DNA from: Bdellovibrionota bacterium
Lineage (GTDB): Bacteria > Bdellovibrionota_C > UBA2361 > JAAYZI01
Reading direction: 5' to 3'
NCBI GenBank assembly: GCA_050950765.1
Contig: JBMNIF010000002.1
Span: forward strand, 960,001-1,024,000
Length of the DNA: 64,000 bases
The notes below the pieces were generated by a model that worked only from the letters and a program-made list of their open reading frames with translations, did no database searches and was not told where the DNA came from. The position numbers and the translations under genes were made by a program. Shown piece after piece: positions 50,156 to 60,788 of the stretch. The stretch's first letter is position 1. The number at the start of each line of letters is the position of its first letter.

Positions 50156-50911
50156 ATGTGTAAGTTGATACGTAAGTTTGTGATCGGTTCTTTTTTACCG
50201 ATCTTCCTTTGTACTGCTTGCTCTTCAAAAGATGTAACTCCTGCTGTGGAGTCGCTTAATGAACTTGAAGATGGAGCGGCGCTGGCACCCTTTAAATTAA
50301 GTGTGCTTGATGAAGTCTTTGATGGTAAAGAGGTCTTCTTGCGCATTAAGTTGGATGTCTTTGCTCCATGGGATGCCTCTATGGTTGCTTTTAAATTAAC
50401 AACTTTAAAAGATGGTGCGGAGTACGGTGTAAAGAGCTTTTTATTAGAGGATCTCTTAGGGCGGGAGGTTTTGGATAACGGATTAGTCCCGCCGAAAGAA
50501 TATACACTTGTCTTAAATGCACCGTCTAAGAGCGCTACTGATTATCAACTGGAGATGGTTTGGAAGGTCGAAGTTTCTGAAGAAAGACAACCTTTAAAAT
50601 TGATCAATGTGGTTAGTACTAAAAAGAAAGAGTGTCATGACGGTAATAAGGGTAAATGTTCTGAAATTATAGAGGTTGCCCTTGATCTGAAAAATGAAGG
50701 GCAAACGCAGTTGAAAAATATAGTTCTATCTATTAGCTTTATAGCCTCTGAGGGTGGTGTTGATGTGGTAAAATACACTCAAGATATCCCTATTGAGGGA
50801 TTGGTCTTAGAGCCCGATCAACGGCAAGCGGTTCGTTTTGAAGTTGAAGAGTCTGAAGATCCGGAATTACGAGGCTTAGACCCGATTATTCAGATAGTGT
50901 CGTATCAATGA
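50156..50911 (+). CDS. Hypothetical lipoprotein
   Basis: Lipobox-like CTAC; ATGA overlap with miaB. Confidence 0.65.
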   Translation: MCKLIRKFVIGSFLPIFLCTACSSKDVTPAVESLNELEDGAALAPFKLSVLDEVFDGKEVFLRIKLDVFAPWDASMVAFKLTTLKDGAEYGVKSFLLEDLLGREVLDNGLVPPKEYTLVLNAPSKSATDYQLEMVWKVEVSEERQPLKLINVVSTKKKECHDGNKGKCSEIIEVALDLKNEGQTQLKNIVLSISFIASEGGVDVVKYTQDIPIEGLVLEPDQRQAVRFEVEESEDPELRGLDPIIQIVSYQ

Positions 50912-52239
50912 ATTTAAAAAATAAGAAAAAACTTTTCATTAAGACTTTTGGTTGTCAGATGAATATCTATGACAGTCAGAAGATAATCAAGATTTTAGAA
51001 GATGAGTATGGTTTAACGGAGGAAGTTTCCGAAGCCGATCTGGTTATCGTTAATACTTGTAGCGTTAGAGATAAACCTGAACAGAAAGTTTACAGCTTCT
51101 TAGGTGAAATGCGTGAATATAAGTTGCGAAACCCGAATTTATTAGTCGGAGTGGGTGGATGTGTAGCACAGCAGGAGGGAGAAAATATCCTCCGTCGTAG
51201 TAAGATCGTCGATTTTGTTTTTGGTACGCATAATATTTCACTTGTGCCAACGTTAATTCAGGAGAGGCTAGAGAACGGTCGAGCGGTGAGTGCTTTAGGA
51301 TATCGAGATGAGTGGGAAGATCTCCCACTTGGGCTCGGAGGAGCAAGTGGAGTTTCCGCTTTTGTTGCTATCTCAAGGGGGTGTAATAAGAGGTGCTCGT
51401 ACTGTATTGTGCCGACAACACGGGGCAAGGAGGTTTCAAGAGCGCCGGATGAGATAAAACGAGAGGTGCAACTGCTGGCAAGAAGCGGGGTAAAAGAGGT
51501 TGTTTTATTAGGACAAACTGTAAACTCTTACGGTTTTGATCTTAAACCTGCTTGGAGCTTCGCCGATCTTTTACGTTCGATTTCAGATATTGAAGGCATT
51601 GAGCGGATCCGTTTTACCAGCCCGCATCCGAATTTTATGACACCTGATCTGATAGCGTGCGTTGCTGATAACCCTAAGATCTGTCGTCACTTTCATATGC
51701 CGTTACAAGCGGGGAGTGACAGGATCTTAAAGTTGATGAAACGGGGCTATACTAAGGAGCGTTATCTGCAAACTATTGCAGCTATAAAGGATGCTATCCC
51801 AGAAATGGCATTTACGACGGATGTTATTGTAGGTTTCCCTAGTGAAACAGAGGCAGAGTTTCGTGAAACTGTGGAGGTGCTGCAACTTGTACCGTTTGTA
51901 AATACCTTTTCTTTTGCATTTTCCCCACGTCCGAGAACACCTGCTGAAACGATGGCTGGACAACTTTCGCATGCTGAAAAATTTGCGCGTTTGTATACAT
52001 ATCAAGCAGAGCAGAATAAGCTTGAAGCAGCATATTTAGAGAGTTGGCTCGGGAAGGAGTGTCAAATTTTGCTGGAAGGAGAGAGTAGCGGCGATAATAA
52101 TCTGTTATTCGGACGTAATTCACAAAATATTGTCGTAAATTTAACCTCTCAAGAGGTGGCGTTAGAGCTTGGAACCTTAGTAAATGTGGTGATTACGGGG
52201 ATGGGACGGCACACCTTAAAAGGGGAGGTGCGTAACTGA
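50908..52239 (+). CDS. miaB: tRNA methylthiotransferase MiaB
   Basis: Motifs TFGCQMN, NTCSVRDK, GCVAQ, GCNKRCSYC (radical SAM), TRAM domain. Confidence 0.95.
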   Translation: MNLKNKKKLFIKTFGCQMNIYDSQKIIKILEDEYGLTEEVSEADLVIVNTCSVRDKPEQKVYSFLGEMREYKLRNPNLLVGVGGCVAQQEGENILRRSKIVDFVFGTHNISLVPTLIQERLENGRAVSALGYRDEWEDLPLGLGGASGVSAFVAISRGCNKRCSYCIVPTTRGKEVSRAPDEIKREVQLLARSGVKEVVLLGQTVNSYGFDLKPAWSFADLLRSISDIEGIERIRFTSPHPNFMTPDLIACVADNPKICRHFHMPLQAGSDRILKLMKRGYTKERYLQTIAAIKDAIPEMAFTTDVIVGFPSETEAEFRETVEVLQLVPFVNTFSFAFSPRPRTPAETMAGQLSHAEKFARLYTYQAEQNKLEAAYLESWLGKECQILLEGESSGDNNLLFGRNSQNIVVNLTSQEVALELGTLVNVVITGMGRHTLKGEVRN

Positions 52240-52474
52240 TCTAAGCGTAAGTACTTCTTAAAATTATTGTGAGTTGTAAGAAACTGTATTAGCATATTAG
52301 AATCACCGCATAGATGGCATTAATTCTTGGTTTTATGGCGTTCTCTTTCTTGATGGTTTTAAACTTTTTTAGGGTAGCGCCTGCCAAAAAAATGGGCGTG
52401 CTGAATTTGTTATTTTAGTTGTTAGTGCCATAATCGGATCTTTGATTTTTTGAGGGATTTTTTGAGGCGTAACT

Positions 52475-53020
52475 ATGTCTGAAGAGGGTGCTATTGAGAT
52501 GTTTGTGGGTGGGCTAGTGCTGGACCCTGCTACGCAAGCTCCTGTTGTTGTTTTAAGAGACGCGTCGGGAGAGATCCATATTCCGATCTGGATCGGAGTA
52601 AATGAAGCAACTTCTATTGCAAGTGCTTTAAAAGATATAAAGCTACCGAGACCACTGACGCACGATTTAATGAGTAATATCTTTAACGAGGTTGGTATCA
52701 CCGTGCAAAGTGTTACTATTACGGATCTACAAGACTCAACGTATATCTCAAAGTTATCGCTTGCTATGGGAGAGCGTTTGATGGTGCTTGATGCACGTCC
52801 GAGTGATGCTATCGCTTTAGCGGTGCGAACGGATGCTCCGATCTTTGTTAATAAAGAGGTGGTGGCGCAGGCTAGGATTGTGGCAACTGTTGTCGAAGTG
52901 GAAGAGGCTGAAGATTCACCTTCTGCCAGTGGTAGTGATGATTTTCAACAGATCGATAAAGATCGTTGGTCTGAGATGTTGGAGAATTTAGATCCGGAAG
53001 ATTTTAAGTTTAAGGTGTAG
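52475..53020 (+). CDS. Bifunctional nuclease family protein (DUF151)
   Basis: Motifs IPIWIG..EA, RPLTHDL, DARPSDAIALA. Confidence 0.92.
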   Translation: MSEEGAIEMFVGGLVLDPATQAPVVVLRDASGEIHIPIWIGVNEATSIASALKDIKLPRPLTHDLMSNIFNEVGITVQSVTITDLQDSTYISKLSLAMGERLMVLDARPSDAIALAVRTDAPIFVNKEVVAQARIVATVVEVEEAEDSPSASGSDDFQQIDKDRWSEMLENLDPEDFKFKV

Positions 53021-53077
53021 TCGCACGGCAGCTACAACAGGAGAGTGTTTATTTATTGAAGAGGGAAGGGAGAGGAG

Positions 53078-53815
53078 ATGGCTTCGCCAAAAAATAAAAA
53101 GGTAACGAAAGGAAAAGATCAAGAGTGTCATGGCGCCGAATGTGCTTGCGGAGAAGAGAAAAAAATTGAAGATCCGTTATCTGCGTTCGTGTATAAATAC
53201 AGAAATGTTATCTGTACCGTTCTTGTTGTTTGCGGTGTTGGATATTACGCATTTAATCAGGTCAAAACCTTTAACCTTGAAGCGAGGCAGAGCGCTTCTG
53301 ATATCTTTGAGCAGGTTAGGGTTGATTTAGAAGCTGCTACTACTGTGGCAAGTGAAAATGAAGAAGAGGCAAAGGCAGCTTTGGCACGGATGGAAGAGAA
53401 ATTAAGTGCCTTAAAGATGGAGAAAGAGCCGTATAAAACGTTAGCACAAGCTTATCAAACTTTGATAGCTGTTCGGCGTGGCGAGATAACTGATTTTGAA
53501 AGTGCGCGGGAAGCTTTACCTACCTTTGGTGCGAATAAAAAACCGTTTCAGGATGCTAAGTTTTTTGAAGAGATGACGGAGTTACTCCTTGCTAGAGCGC
53601 AACTGGATGATGCTGTAACGCGTGAAGCTGGCTTAAAAGCGCTTGTTGCACTGGCTAATAATGCGCAATACGTTAATGTGCAAGCTGCATTAACAGCGGC
53701 AAGGTTAGCTGAAAGTGAAGCGGAACGTTCTGAAATGAAGGAATTGCTAGGCAATTTAATGGAGATGCAACCTGCTTTTGCTGATGAAATTGAAGTTGAA
53801 TTAGCAAAATTATAA
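53078..53815 (+). CDS. YfgM-like single-pass membrane helical protein
   Basis: One TM helix followed by AS..F and an all-helical TPR-like region. Confidence 0.55.
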   Translation: MASPKNKKVTKGKDQECHGAECACGEEKKIEDPLSAFVYKYRNVICTVLVVCGVGYYAFNQVKTFNLEARQSASDIFEQVRVDLEAATTVASENEEEAKAALARMEEKLSALKMEKEPYKTLAQAYQTLIAVRRGEITDFESAREALPTFGANKKPFQDAKFFEEMTELLLARAQLDDAVTREAGLKALVALANNAQYVNVQAALTAARLAESEAERSEMKELLGNLMEMQPAFADEIEVELAKL

Positions 53816-53867
53816 GATAGATCTTTTGATAAGAGCGCCTCCTAAAATAGGGGGGGTGAGTTTCTGC

Positions 53868-54075
53868 GAAAATGGAGGAGCCTTATAACTTGATCTTTTT
53901 TCTTCGGGTAGCCTCTTAGCGCTATCAATCGCTTCTTTAATTTGAGGGAGGAAAAAGGGGCTTGTCCTATAACCTGATTTTTTTCTTCGGGTAGCCTCTT
54001 AGCGCTATCAATCACTTTTTTAATTTAAGGGAGGAAAAAATGGAGGAGTCTTATAGCCTAATCTTTCCTTTTCCT
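53868..54075. repeat. Tandem repeat, about 84 bp x2.5, including the 3' end of the 54051 gene
   Basis: TCTTCGGGTAGCCTCTTAGCGCTATCAATC at 53901 and 53984; stop-codon-like segment at 53883, 53967 and 54051. Confidence 0.88.
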
Positions 54076-54623
54076 TCTTGTGGTATTTTAGGTACCGTTT
54101 CTCTTTCTGTTTCGGGGAGAGCGGTTTTGATCTTTATACCCTCTTCGAGCTCTTCTTCCTCCTCTTCTTTTTTGCTTTGAAGTAGTTTTTGTGTGTTTAA
54201 ACTATTTAGGCGTTGGAATTCTTCCAGCTCTTCTTCTGCTTCTTTTCTGTTTTGTGAATTAGGTTGAAAAAAAGATTGATCGAGTTGTGAAAGTTTATCT
54301 GCGATAAGATTAACGGCGCGATCTAAGATCGTTTCCGAATAGTTCTCATCAGCTAAGAGGGGTTTTGTTTGTTTCCTCTTAGCTCTGTTTTTAGTTTTAG
54401 TTTTACGGGATGAAATTAATTTAGGCGCAGAGGTATCAGGGGTTTTTTCGTTAAAAAATGATCTTTCTTTCTTAAGAGATTTTCTCAAGCTAGGTGTGAC
54501 TTTTGCTGAGAAGGTGGAGCTTGAAAGTCCCTGTGAATTGACGGTAGAGTGCTGCTTTAGTGCCACCTCTTCTTTTAAAGATGCCTCCCTTTTTTTTATT
54601 TTTATCTCAAGATCTTCGCTCAT
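54051..54623 (-). CDS. Hypothetical charged, probably disordered protein
   Basis: 190 aa, K/E/S-rich; no family recognised. Confidence 0.55.
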   Translation of the reverse strand: MSEDLEIKIKKREASLKEEVALKQHSTVNSQGLSSSTFSAKVTPSLRKSLKKERSFFNEKTPDTSAPKLISSRKTKTKNRAKRKQTKPLLADENYSETILDRAVNLIADKLSQLDQSFFQPNSQNRKEAEEELEEFQRLNSLNTQKLLQSKKEEEEEELEEGIKIKTALPETERETVPKIPQEGKGKIRL

Positions 54624-55099
54624 TTTGCTACCTAAAAACTTTATAAATTAAGATCTTGGAGATGTCATCACCTAAATGCCGAGAGGAAGTTATTTTTCCT
54701 AAGGCATACTAAGGTCCCCTTCTCGAATCTTATTTAAATTATCATAATATTTCTGAGAAATGATTCAGATAAGATCGCCTTAAAAATAAGATGAATTATG
54801 CAAAATCACCTTTTAGATATGCCAAGTTACTGATATAATAGAATTATGGGTTATGAAAGTTTTAAAAAATGTAAAACTTCATTTATCCAACAGATAGGTG
54901 CAGGGGGGGGAAACGATAGCTAAACTTCTAATCTGGAGTGTAATTGTCGGATAGTGATGAAAGATAGAAAGAGAAAGGTTTAAAGGATAACGAAACCCTG
55001 TTCTTACCCCGTTGTTAAGACGATAAAGGTTGTCTTATTGAAAGATCCTGAGAAAATTTCTCTTAAAAAAGTTTTTAACTCTTTAGAGGCACGGTTCGT

Positions 55100-55576
55100 A
55101 TGGGCGCATTAGTTAGAGGGTGCTTATTACGTTATCGAGTAAGTGTAGTTATACTGATTGTGATGCTTGGGGTTACCCTTGTGTCTTGTGATTTTGGTGT
55201 GCGTAAGCGTCCTTTCGGTTTTATGGAGTTAGGCAATGTTCTTGACTTACGTAGCCCGCAGATCTTTTTCCCTGAAAAAAGACTCCTTTTAAGACGAGAT
55301 AAAGACGGTTTTTACGTTATGAGTACGCAGTGCACACACGATCTCAGCACCCTTATCTTTAAAGAAACGGAGGAGAAGACCCGTTTCTTCTCTCCGTGGA
55401 CAAGTAGCACCTATGATGAGGCAGGAAATGTTTTGCAAGGTCCTGCAAAACGTCCCTTACCGTATTTTCGTCTTGATCACTGGAAGAATGCGAATGGAGA
55501 GGTCTTGGTGGCAGTGATCGGAGATGAAGTGCCTGCTTCGTGGCGCTTAAAGCTTAAATCATCACCGTGGTTGTAA
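55100..55576 (+). CDS. Rieske-fold exported protein with an incomplete 2Fe-2S ligand set
   Basis: STQCTHDL, SPWTSSTYD (normally CPCHGSxFD) and GNVLQGPAKRPL; lipobox-like LVSC. Confidence 0.75.
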   Translation: MGALVRGCLLRYRVSVVILIVMLGVTLVSCDFGVRKRPFGFMELGNVLDLRSPQIFFPEKRLLLRRDKDGFYVMSTQCTHDLSTLIFKETEEKTRFFSPWTSSTYDEAGNVLQGPAKRPLPYFRLDHWKNANGEVLVAVIGDEVPASWRLKLKSSPWL

Positions 55577-55717
55577 GGCGTAATCATTTCTAATCTAAAA
55601 GGTGTTGGGGCTTCGGAAAAAAAGTGAAGATAAATTTGTGTGTTTTACACCTTTACGAATAATTATATCTTATTCGAGAATGTTGTTGTGTAATTTGATT
55701 AAGACGGAGAGAGAATT

Positions 55718-56872
55718 TTGGATACAATATTTATCGTGGGGAGCACCGATCAAAAGCTTGTAGGTTTTTTGCAGAAATTGGGGCATAACGTAATTGTTTT
55801 TGATGGAACTGTTCCTTTTAATGATGTGCTGTTTAGTCACGTTGTTGATTGCATTATTTTGGATGAAGCGGGAGAGCCTGATATCTCTTCTTACATTGAA
55901 ATGCTTTCAGGAGATGAGAAAACTAAAGAGATCCCGATCGTTCTTTGTAATGCAACTGAAAAATCAGCGCGATTTGTAGAGGCGCTCGGAAGTGTTAATT
56001 TACACCTCGCTCAAGCGCCGTGTACCGTCGGTGGAATTGTAAGTAAGGTAGCGACCGCATTACGATTGCGAAAAATGGCCGGTCAGAACGAATCAAAAGC
56101 CTCTCTTGGGGAGATTAACGCACGTCTTAGAGACCTTAATAAACACTTTGAAGATGATCTGAAAGAGGCAGAGAGAATTCAACGGAGTTTAATCCCTGCC
56201 ACCATGCCGACGGATGATCGTTTTGAAATAGCTGCTTCGTACGAACTTCTGGAAGGGGTTGGGGGAGATTGGTATTATGTTAATGTTAGAGATGATGGCA
56301 AGTTGGCGGTGCATGTTGCTGATGGCACGGGGCACGGCTTACCGGCAGCTTTTATTGCAGCTATGACGAAATTAGCTATGACGGCAGCGGGGGATCTCCC
56401 ACCAGATCTCTTATTAACTGAGATGAATCGACTAATGGCACCTAATTTGCCGGAAGGTCGCTTTGTGACTATTTTTTCGTATCTGTACGATCCAGCAAGT
56501 GGCAAGTTTGATTATGCACGGGGTGGACATCCACCAGCGTTATGGCTTTCACGTGCAAAAAATAAGGTGGAGGTATTGAAGAGTGCCGGTATGGCGTTAG
56601 GTTTTTTAGAAGAGAGTGTTTATGAAGCTGGGCAGATACACTTAGAGATCGGTGATGTTGTTTTGGTTTATACGGATGCTTTAACGGAGTCTCAAAATCG
56701 AAGTGGAGAGATGTACGACTGTGATCGGATCGCTAATTCGTTGTTAGAAACGGAAGATACTGCCAGTGTAACAGATATCCTTATTAAGGTACTGGATGAT
56801 TTTGATAGGTTTAGAGAGCAACGCATCATTAAAGATGATGTAACCCTTATTGCGTTAAAGCGAGTGGTGTAG
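55718..56872 (+). CDS. Receiver-like plus SpoIIE/PP2C phosphatase (RsbU/RsbP-like)
   Basis: Motifs VGGDWY, ADGTGHG, GGHPP, YTDALTE, DDVTL; N-terminal REC-like domain. Confidence 0.9.
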   Translation: MDTIFIVGSTDQKLVGFLQKLGHNVIVFDGTVPFNDVLFSHVVDCIILDEAGEPDISSYIEMLSGDEKTKEIPIVLCNATEKSARFVEALGSVNLHLAQAPCTVGGIVSKVATALRLRKMAGQNESKASLGEINARLRDLNKHFEDDLKEAERIQRSLIPATMPTDDRFEIAASYELLEGVGGDWYYVNVRDDGKLAVHVADGTGHGLPAAFIAAMTKLAMTAAGDLPPDLLLTEMNRLMAPNLPEGRFVTIFSYLYDPASGKFDYARGGHPPALWLSRAKNKVEVLKSAGMALGFLEESVYEAGQIHLEIGDVVLVYTDALTESQNRSGEMYDCDRIANSLLETEDTASVTDILIKVLDDFDRFREQRIIKDDVTLIALKRVV

Positions 56873-56889
56873 CTTTTTTTGAGGTCGTT

Positions 56890-57873
56890 ATGGCACGTCC
56901 GAAGATGGATCTTTTAAGAGCTTTAAGAGAGTCTTTACCTGTTGAAAAGAGGTTACTCCTTGCCGTTTCTGGTGGGAAGGATAGTGTGGTGTTGTTGCAC
57001 GGGTGTTACCGTCTGGCGAAAAGTATGAAGTTAACGTTAGAGGTAGGGCACGTTGATCACCATATTAGAGAGAACTCAAAGGATGATGCTAACTTTGTAG
57101 CGGATTTAGCCCAAAAATACGGGTTTCCGTTTCACCTGTGTCGTGCTGAAGAGCCTCCAAAAACGGAAAATCTTGAAGCTTGGGGGCGAGGCTTACGGTA
57201 TTCTTTTTTCGCTGAAGTTTTGAAAAAACGTGAACTTGACTTTGTTTTAACTGCACATACAGCTAATGATGTTGCTGAAACGTTGCTAATGCGCCTTTTT
57301 TCTAATAAGGAGCCGACAAGCATCGAACGGTATGATCCGCAGAGACGTTGCATTAGACCGTTACTATCAGTTTCAAGGAATACAATAGAACAGTATCTTG
57401 AAGAGAACGGTTTGGAGTTTAGAGAGGATATAACTAATACGGATGTCTCTTATCTGAGAAATCGGGTGCGGCATCGGGTGTTACCGTTATTACGGGAGGA
57501 GTTCGACAGTAGGATTGATGAGGTTTTAGCACTTCGGGCGGCTTGTCTTCATGATGATATTATGTTTTTACGGAGTCTTGTTCTAATACCTGTGCAGAAC
57601 GTTTCTGGATATGAGCTTTTTAGTCGTGATTGGTTACGTGCCGTAAAAGGAGAGATGGCGAAGTTGCCACCCCCTCTACGGTGGCGTTATGCAGAAGCGT
57701 TGCTTTTGCCAGTGATGGGCTTTGCGATCGGGCGTAGTCACGGTAGCCGTGCTATGGAATTTCTGTGTGGCAACACACAAGGGGTTGAACTCCCTAGTGG
57801 GGTGACTTTACGTGCTAAAAATGGTGGGGTTGCCTTTGAGAAGATAGAGATTCCGCCGGAAAAGATTAATTAA
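56890..57873 (+). CDS. tilS: tRNA(Ile)-lysidine synthase
   Basis: Motifs AVSGGKDS, HVDH, R..RY, TAHTAND.AET, RNRVRH. Confidence 0.93.
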   Translation: MARPKMDLLRALRESLPVEKRLLLAVSGGKDSVVLLHGCYRLAKSMKLTLEVGHVDHHIRENSKDDANFVADLAQKYGFPFHLCRAEEPPKTENLEAWGRGLRYSFFAEVLKKRELDFVLTAHTANDVAETLLMRLFSNKEPTSIERYDPQRRCIRPLLSVSRNTIEQYLEENGLEFREDITNTDVSYLRNRVRHRVLPLLREEFDSRIDEVLALRAACLHDDIMFLRSLVLIPVQNVSGYELFSRDWLRAVKGEMAKLPPPLRWRYAEALLLPVMGFAIGRSHGSRAMEFLCGNTQGVELPSGVTLRAKNGGVAFEKIEIPPEKIN

Positions 57874-58065
57874 AAACGCACTCTTAAACTTTAGCCCCCT
57901 TTCCCGTGTTGTTTTAAGTATGTTAGGCTCCAGACTGTTTCCGTTTACCGCGGGTGTGAAGCGTAATCAGGTGAGCGCTTAGACCTAATTTTCTATCTTT
58001 GTGTGGTTTTGAGCGGTGTTGAAAGTGGGTGTCGCATAGTTGCATCAAAAAGTAGGAGTGCTGTC

Positions 58066-59952
58066 TTGAGTCAGTTTTTAAAAAATATCTTTTGGTATCT
58101 CTTTATAGTCGGTATTTTTTTATCTCTTTATTTTGCAAGTGAAAATAATATCAATGCGAAGCAGGAGATCTCGTATTCTGATTTCTTATTAGCTGTAGAA
58201 AAAGATGATGTTGTTCAGGTGACGATGCAGGGGAATGTGATCGATGGTAAATATCGCGCCTCAGAGAAAGATTTTAAGGTAATTGCTCCGAAACATGATG
58301 AGTTGATTGATGAGTTGAGAGCAAAAAATGTTTCAATAACGGTTAAGGAGCCGGAAGATCAACCGTGGTATCTGTTACTTATTATCAATGCCCTTCCTAT
58401 CTTATTATTTATCGGTATCTGGATTTTCTTTATGCGACAGATGCAGATCGGTGCTGGAAAAGGGATGAGCTTTGGGAAATCGAAAGCTAAACTTCTAACT
58501 GAAAGTCAGCAGAAAGTCACCTTTGCTGATGTTGCTGGAATTGATGAAGCGCGTGCCGAGTTGGAAGAGATTATTGCGTTCTTAAAGAATCCGAAAAAGT
58601 TTACCCGTTTGGGTGGGCGTATCCCTAAAGGTGTACTTTTAATCGGCTCTCCAGGGACGGGTAAGACGTTATTGGCTAAAGCGATCGCAGGTGAAGCGGG
58701 GGTGCCGTTTTTTAGTATCTCAGGCTCTGATTTTGTAGAGATGTTTGTCGGTGTCGGTGCTTCCAGAGTTAGAGACCTCTTTATTCAAGGGAAGAAGAAC
58801 GCACCGTGTATTATCTTTATCGATGAGATTGATGCTGTTGGACGACACCGCGGTGCTGGTATGGGGGGCGGACATGATGAGCGTGAACAGACCCTTAATC
58901 AGTTGTTGGTTGAGATGGACGGTTTTGAGTCTAATGAAGGGGTGATCTTGATCGCTGCTACAAATAGACCTGATGTTTTAGATCCTGCCCTGCTTAGACC
59001 TGGTAGGTTTGATCGTAGGGTAGTGGTGCCGACACCGGATCTGAACGGTAGGATCGGGATCTTAAAGGTGCATTCCAAAAAGGTGCCGTTAGCGGACGAT
59101 GTGGATCTCACTAAATTAGCGCGAGGAACCCCTGGATTTACGGGAGCAGACCTTGAGATCCTTGTTAATGAGGCGGCGTTGAATGCTGCACGTCTGGATA
59201 AAAACTCCGTTATGCAGGATGATTTCGAGTTTGCGAAAGATAAGGTCATGATGGGGGCGGAGAGACGTTCGTTGTTGCTTTCTGATAAGGAAAAGAAGGT
59301 GACTGCCTATCATGAATCGGGGCACGCTTTAGTAGCGAAGATGTTACCTAATGCGGATCCGGTGCATAAATTAACGATTGTACCACGTGGAATGGCGTTA
59401 GGGTTAATGCAGCAGTTGCCGGAAGATGATAAGCACACCTATTCGAGAGACTACTGGATGGATCAGTTATCCGTATTTTTTGGTGGTCGGATGGCAGAAG
59501 ATCTGATCTTTAACGATCAAAACACAGGAGCTAGCTCCGATATTGAACGCGCCACTAATATCGCACGACGGATGGTTTGTGAATGGGGCATGAGTGAAAA
59601 ATTAGGACCTGTTTGTTATGCCACTAAAGAAGAGCACGTCTTCTTGGGGCGAGAGATCGGAAAGCCTAGAGAGCATTCAGAAAGTACGCAAGTGGAGATA
59701 GATGCTGAAGTTAAGCGTATTATTTTAGAGAGGCAGAACGTTGCACGTGAGATCTTAAGTGAAAATATTGAGATCTTACACCGCTTAGCTGCTGAGGTGA
59801 TTGAGCGTGAGACTTTAACAGCAGAGGATATCGATATGATAATCGCTGGAGAAGAGTTGCCACCATTACCGGATCCGGAAGATAAAGAAAAGGCAAAAAA
59901 AGATAGTAACGGAACTCCTAACGACTCGGGCAATGTTTCCGTTGTTGCATAA
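58066..59952 (+). CDS. ftsH: ATP-dependent zinc metalloprotease FtsH
   Basis: Motifs [29 protein letters not shown] start chosen after AGGAG. Confidence 0.97.
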   Translation: MSQFLKNIFWYLFIVGIFLSLYFASENNINAKQEISYSDFLLAVEKDDVVQVTMQGNVIDGKYRASEKDFKVIAPKHDELIDELRAKNVSITVKEPEDQPWYLLLIINALPILLFIGIWIFFMRQMQIGAGKGMSFGKSKAKLLTESQQKVTFADVAGIDEARAELEEIIAFLKNPKKFTRLGGRIPKGVLLIGSPGTGKTLLAKAIAGEAGVPFFSISGSDFVEMFVGVGASRVRDLFIQGKKNAPCIIFIDEIDAVGRHRGAGMGGGHDEREQTLNQLLVEMDGFESNEGVILIAATNRPDVLDPALLRPGRFDRRVVVPTPDLNGRIGILKVHSKKVPLADDVDLTKLARGTPGFTGADLEILVNEAALNAARLDKNSVMQDDFEFAKDKVMMGAERRSLLLSDKEKKVTAYHESGHALVAKMLPNADPVHKLTIVPRGMALGLMQQLPEDDKHTYSRDYWMDQLSVFFGGRMAEDLIFNDQNTGASSDIERATNIARRMVCEWGMSEKLGPVCYATKEEHVFLGREIGKPREHSESTQVEIDAEVKRIILERQNVAREILSENIEILHRLAAEVIERETLTAEDIDMIIAGEELPPLPDPEDKEKAKKDSNGTPNDSGNVSVVA

Positions 59953-59978
59953 AAAATTATAAAGCGGAGAGTGTTTCA

Positions 59979-60788
59979 GTGACAGGCGATATCTGGGTTG
60001 AATTTCAAGCTTTTTTTCAGGGGATAATTATCCCTGTGCTTGATGTTCTACTAGTTGCATATCTGATCTATCGCATCCTTTTGGTTATACGAGGGACTCG
60101 TGCCGCTCCGATGTTGTGGGGGCTAACACTCTTGGTGTTGGTGTTTTTTCTTTCAGGGTTGATGGGGTTAGTGACTCTGAATTGGATCCTTGGTAACTTC
60201 CTTAGTTCGATTATTATCGTTGTTATAGTTGTTTTCCAAGAGGAGATTCGGCGGGGTCTGACGAAGATGGGGTTGCAGCAGATCTTCAGAAAATCTACGA
60301 GCTCTTCATTCGGAGAGGTGGTGGAGGAGTTGGTCTCTGTTTCTCATCGTTTGGCGGAGCGCAAGATAGGGGCTTTGATAGCGATTCAACGTGAAGTTGG
60401 TTTGGCGGAGTTCTTGGAAGAATCGATTGAGATTGACGCTCTAGTAAGTAGAAAATTACTTTTTAGTATCTTTGTTAGAGAGTCGCCCTTACATGATGGT
60501 GCCGTTGTAATTGTAGATGGTAGGATTAAAGCAGCGGGTTGTGTACTTCCACTCAGTTTTAATCCTGATCTGGATCCAAGTTTAGGAACGAGACATAGGG
60601 CAGCTTTAGGGCTCTCTGAACGTTGCGATGCGTTGGTTATCGTTGTTTCGGAAGAGACAGGCACTGTCTCTGTTACAAGGGATGGTCGCTTAATGCGTAA
60701 TTTAGATCCGCAGATGTTAAGGGATCTCTTAACAACACATCTACAACCAAGAGATAAGATAGAATCTACAGAGGGAGAAACGGTATGA
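59979..60788 (+). CDS. cdaA: Diadenylate cyclase CdaA/DacA
   Basis: Three TM helices, FQEEIRR, LHDGA, GTRHRAA, VSEETG. Confidence 0.95.
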   Translation: MTGDIWVEFQAFFQGIIIPVLDVLLVAYLIYRILLVIRGTRAAPMLWGLTLLVLVFFLSGLMGLVTLNWILGNFLSSIIIVVIVVFQEEIRRGLTKMGLQQIFRKSTSSSFGEVVEELVSVSHRLAERKIGALIAIQREVGLAEFLEESIEIDALVSRKLLFSIFVRESPLHDGAVVIVDGRIKAAGCVLPLSFNPDLDPSLGTRHRAALGLSERCDALVIVVSEETGTVSVTRDGRLMRNLDPQMLRDLLTTHLQPRDKIESTEGETV

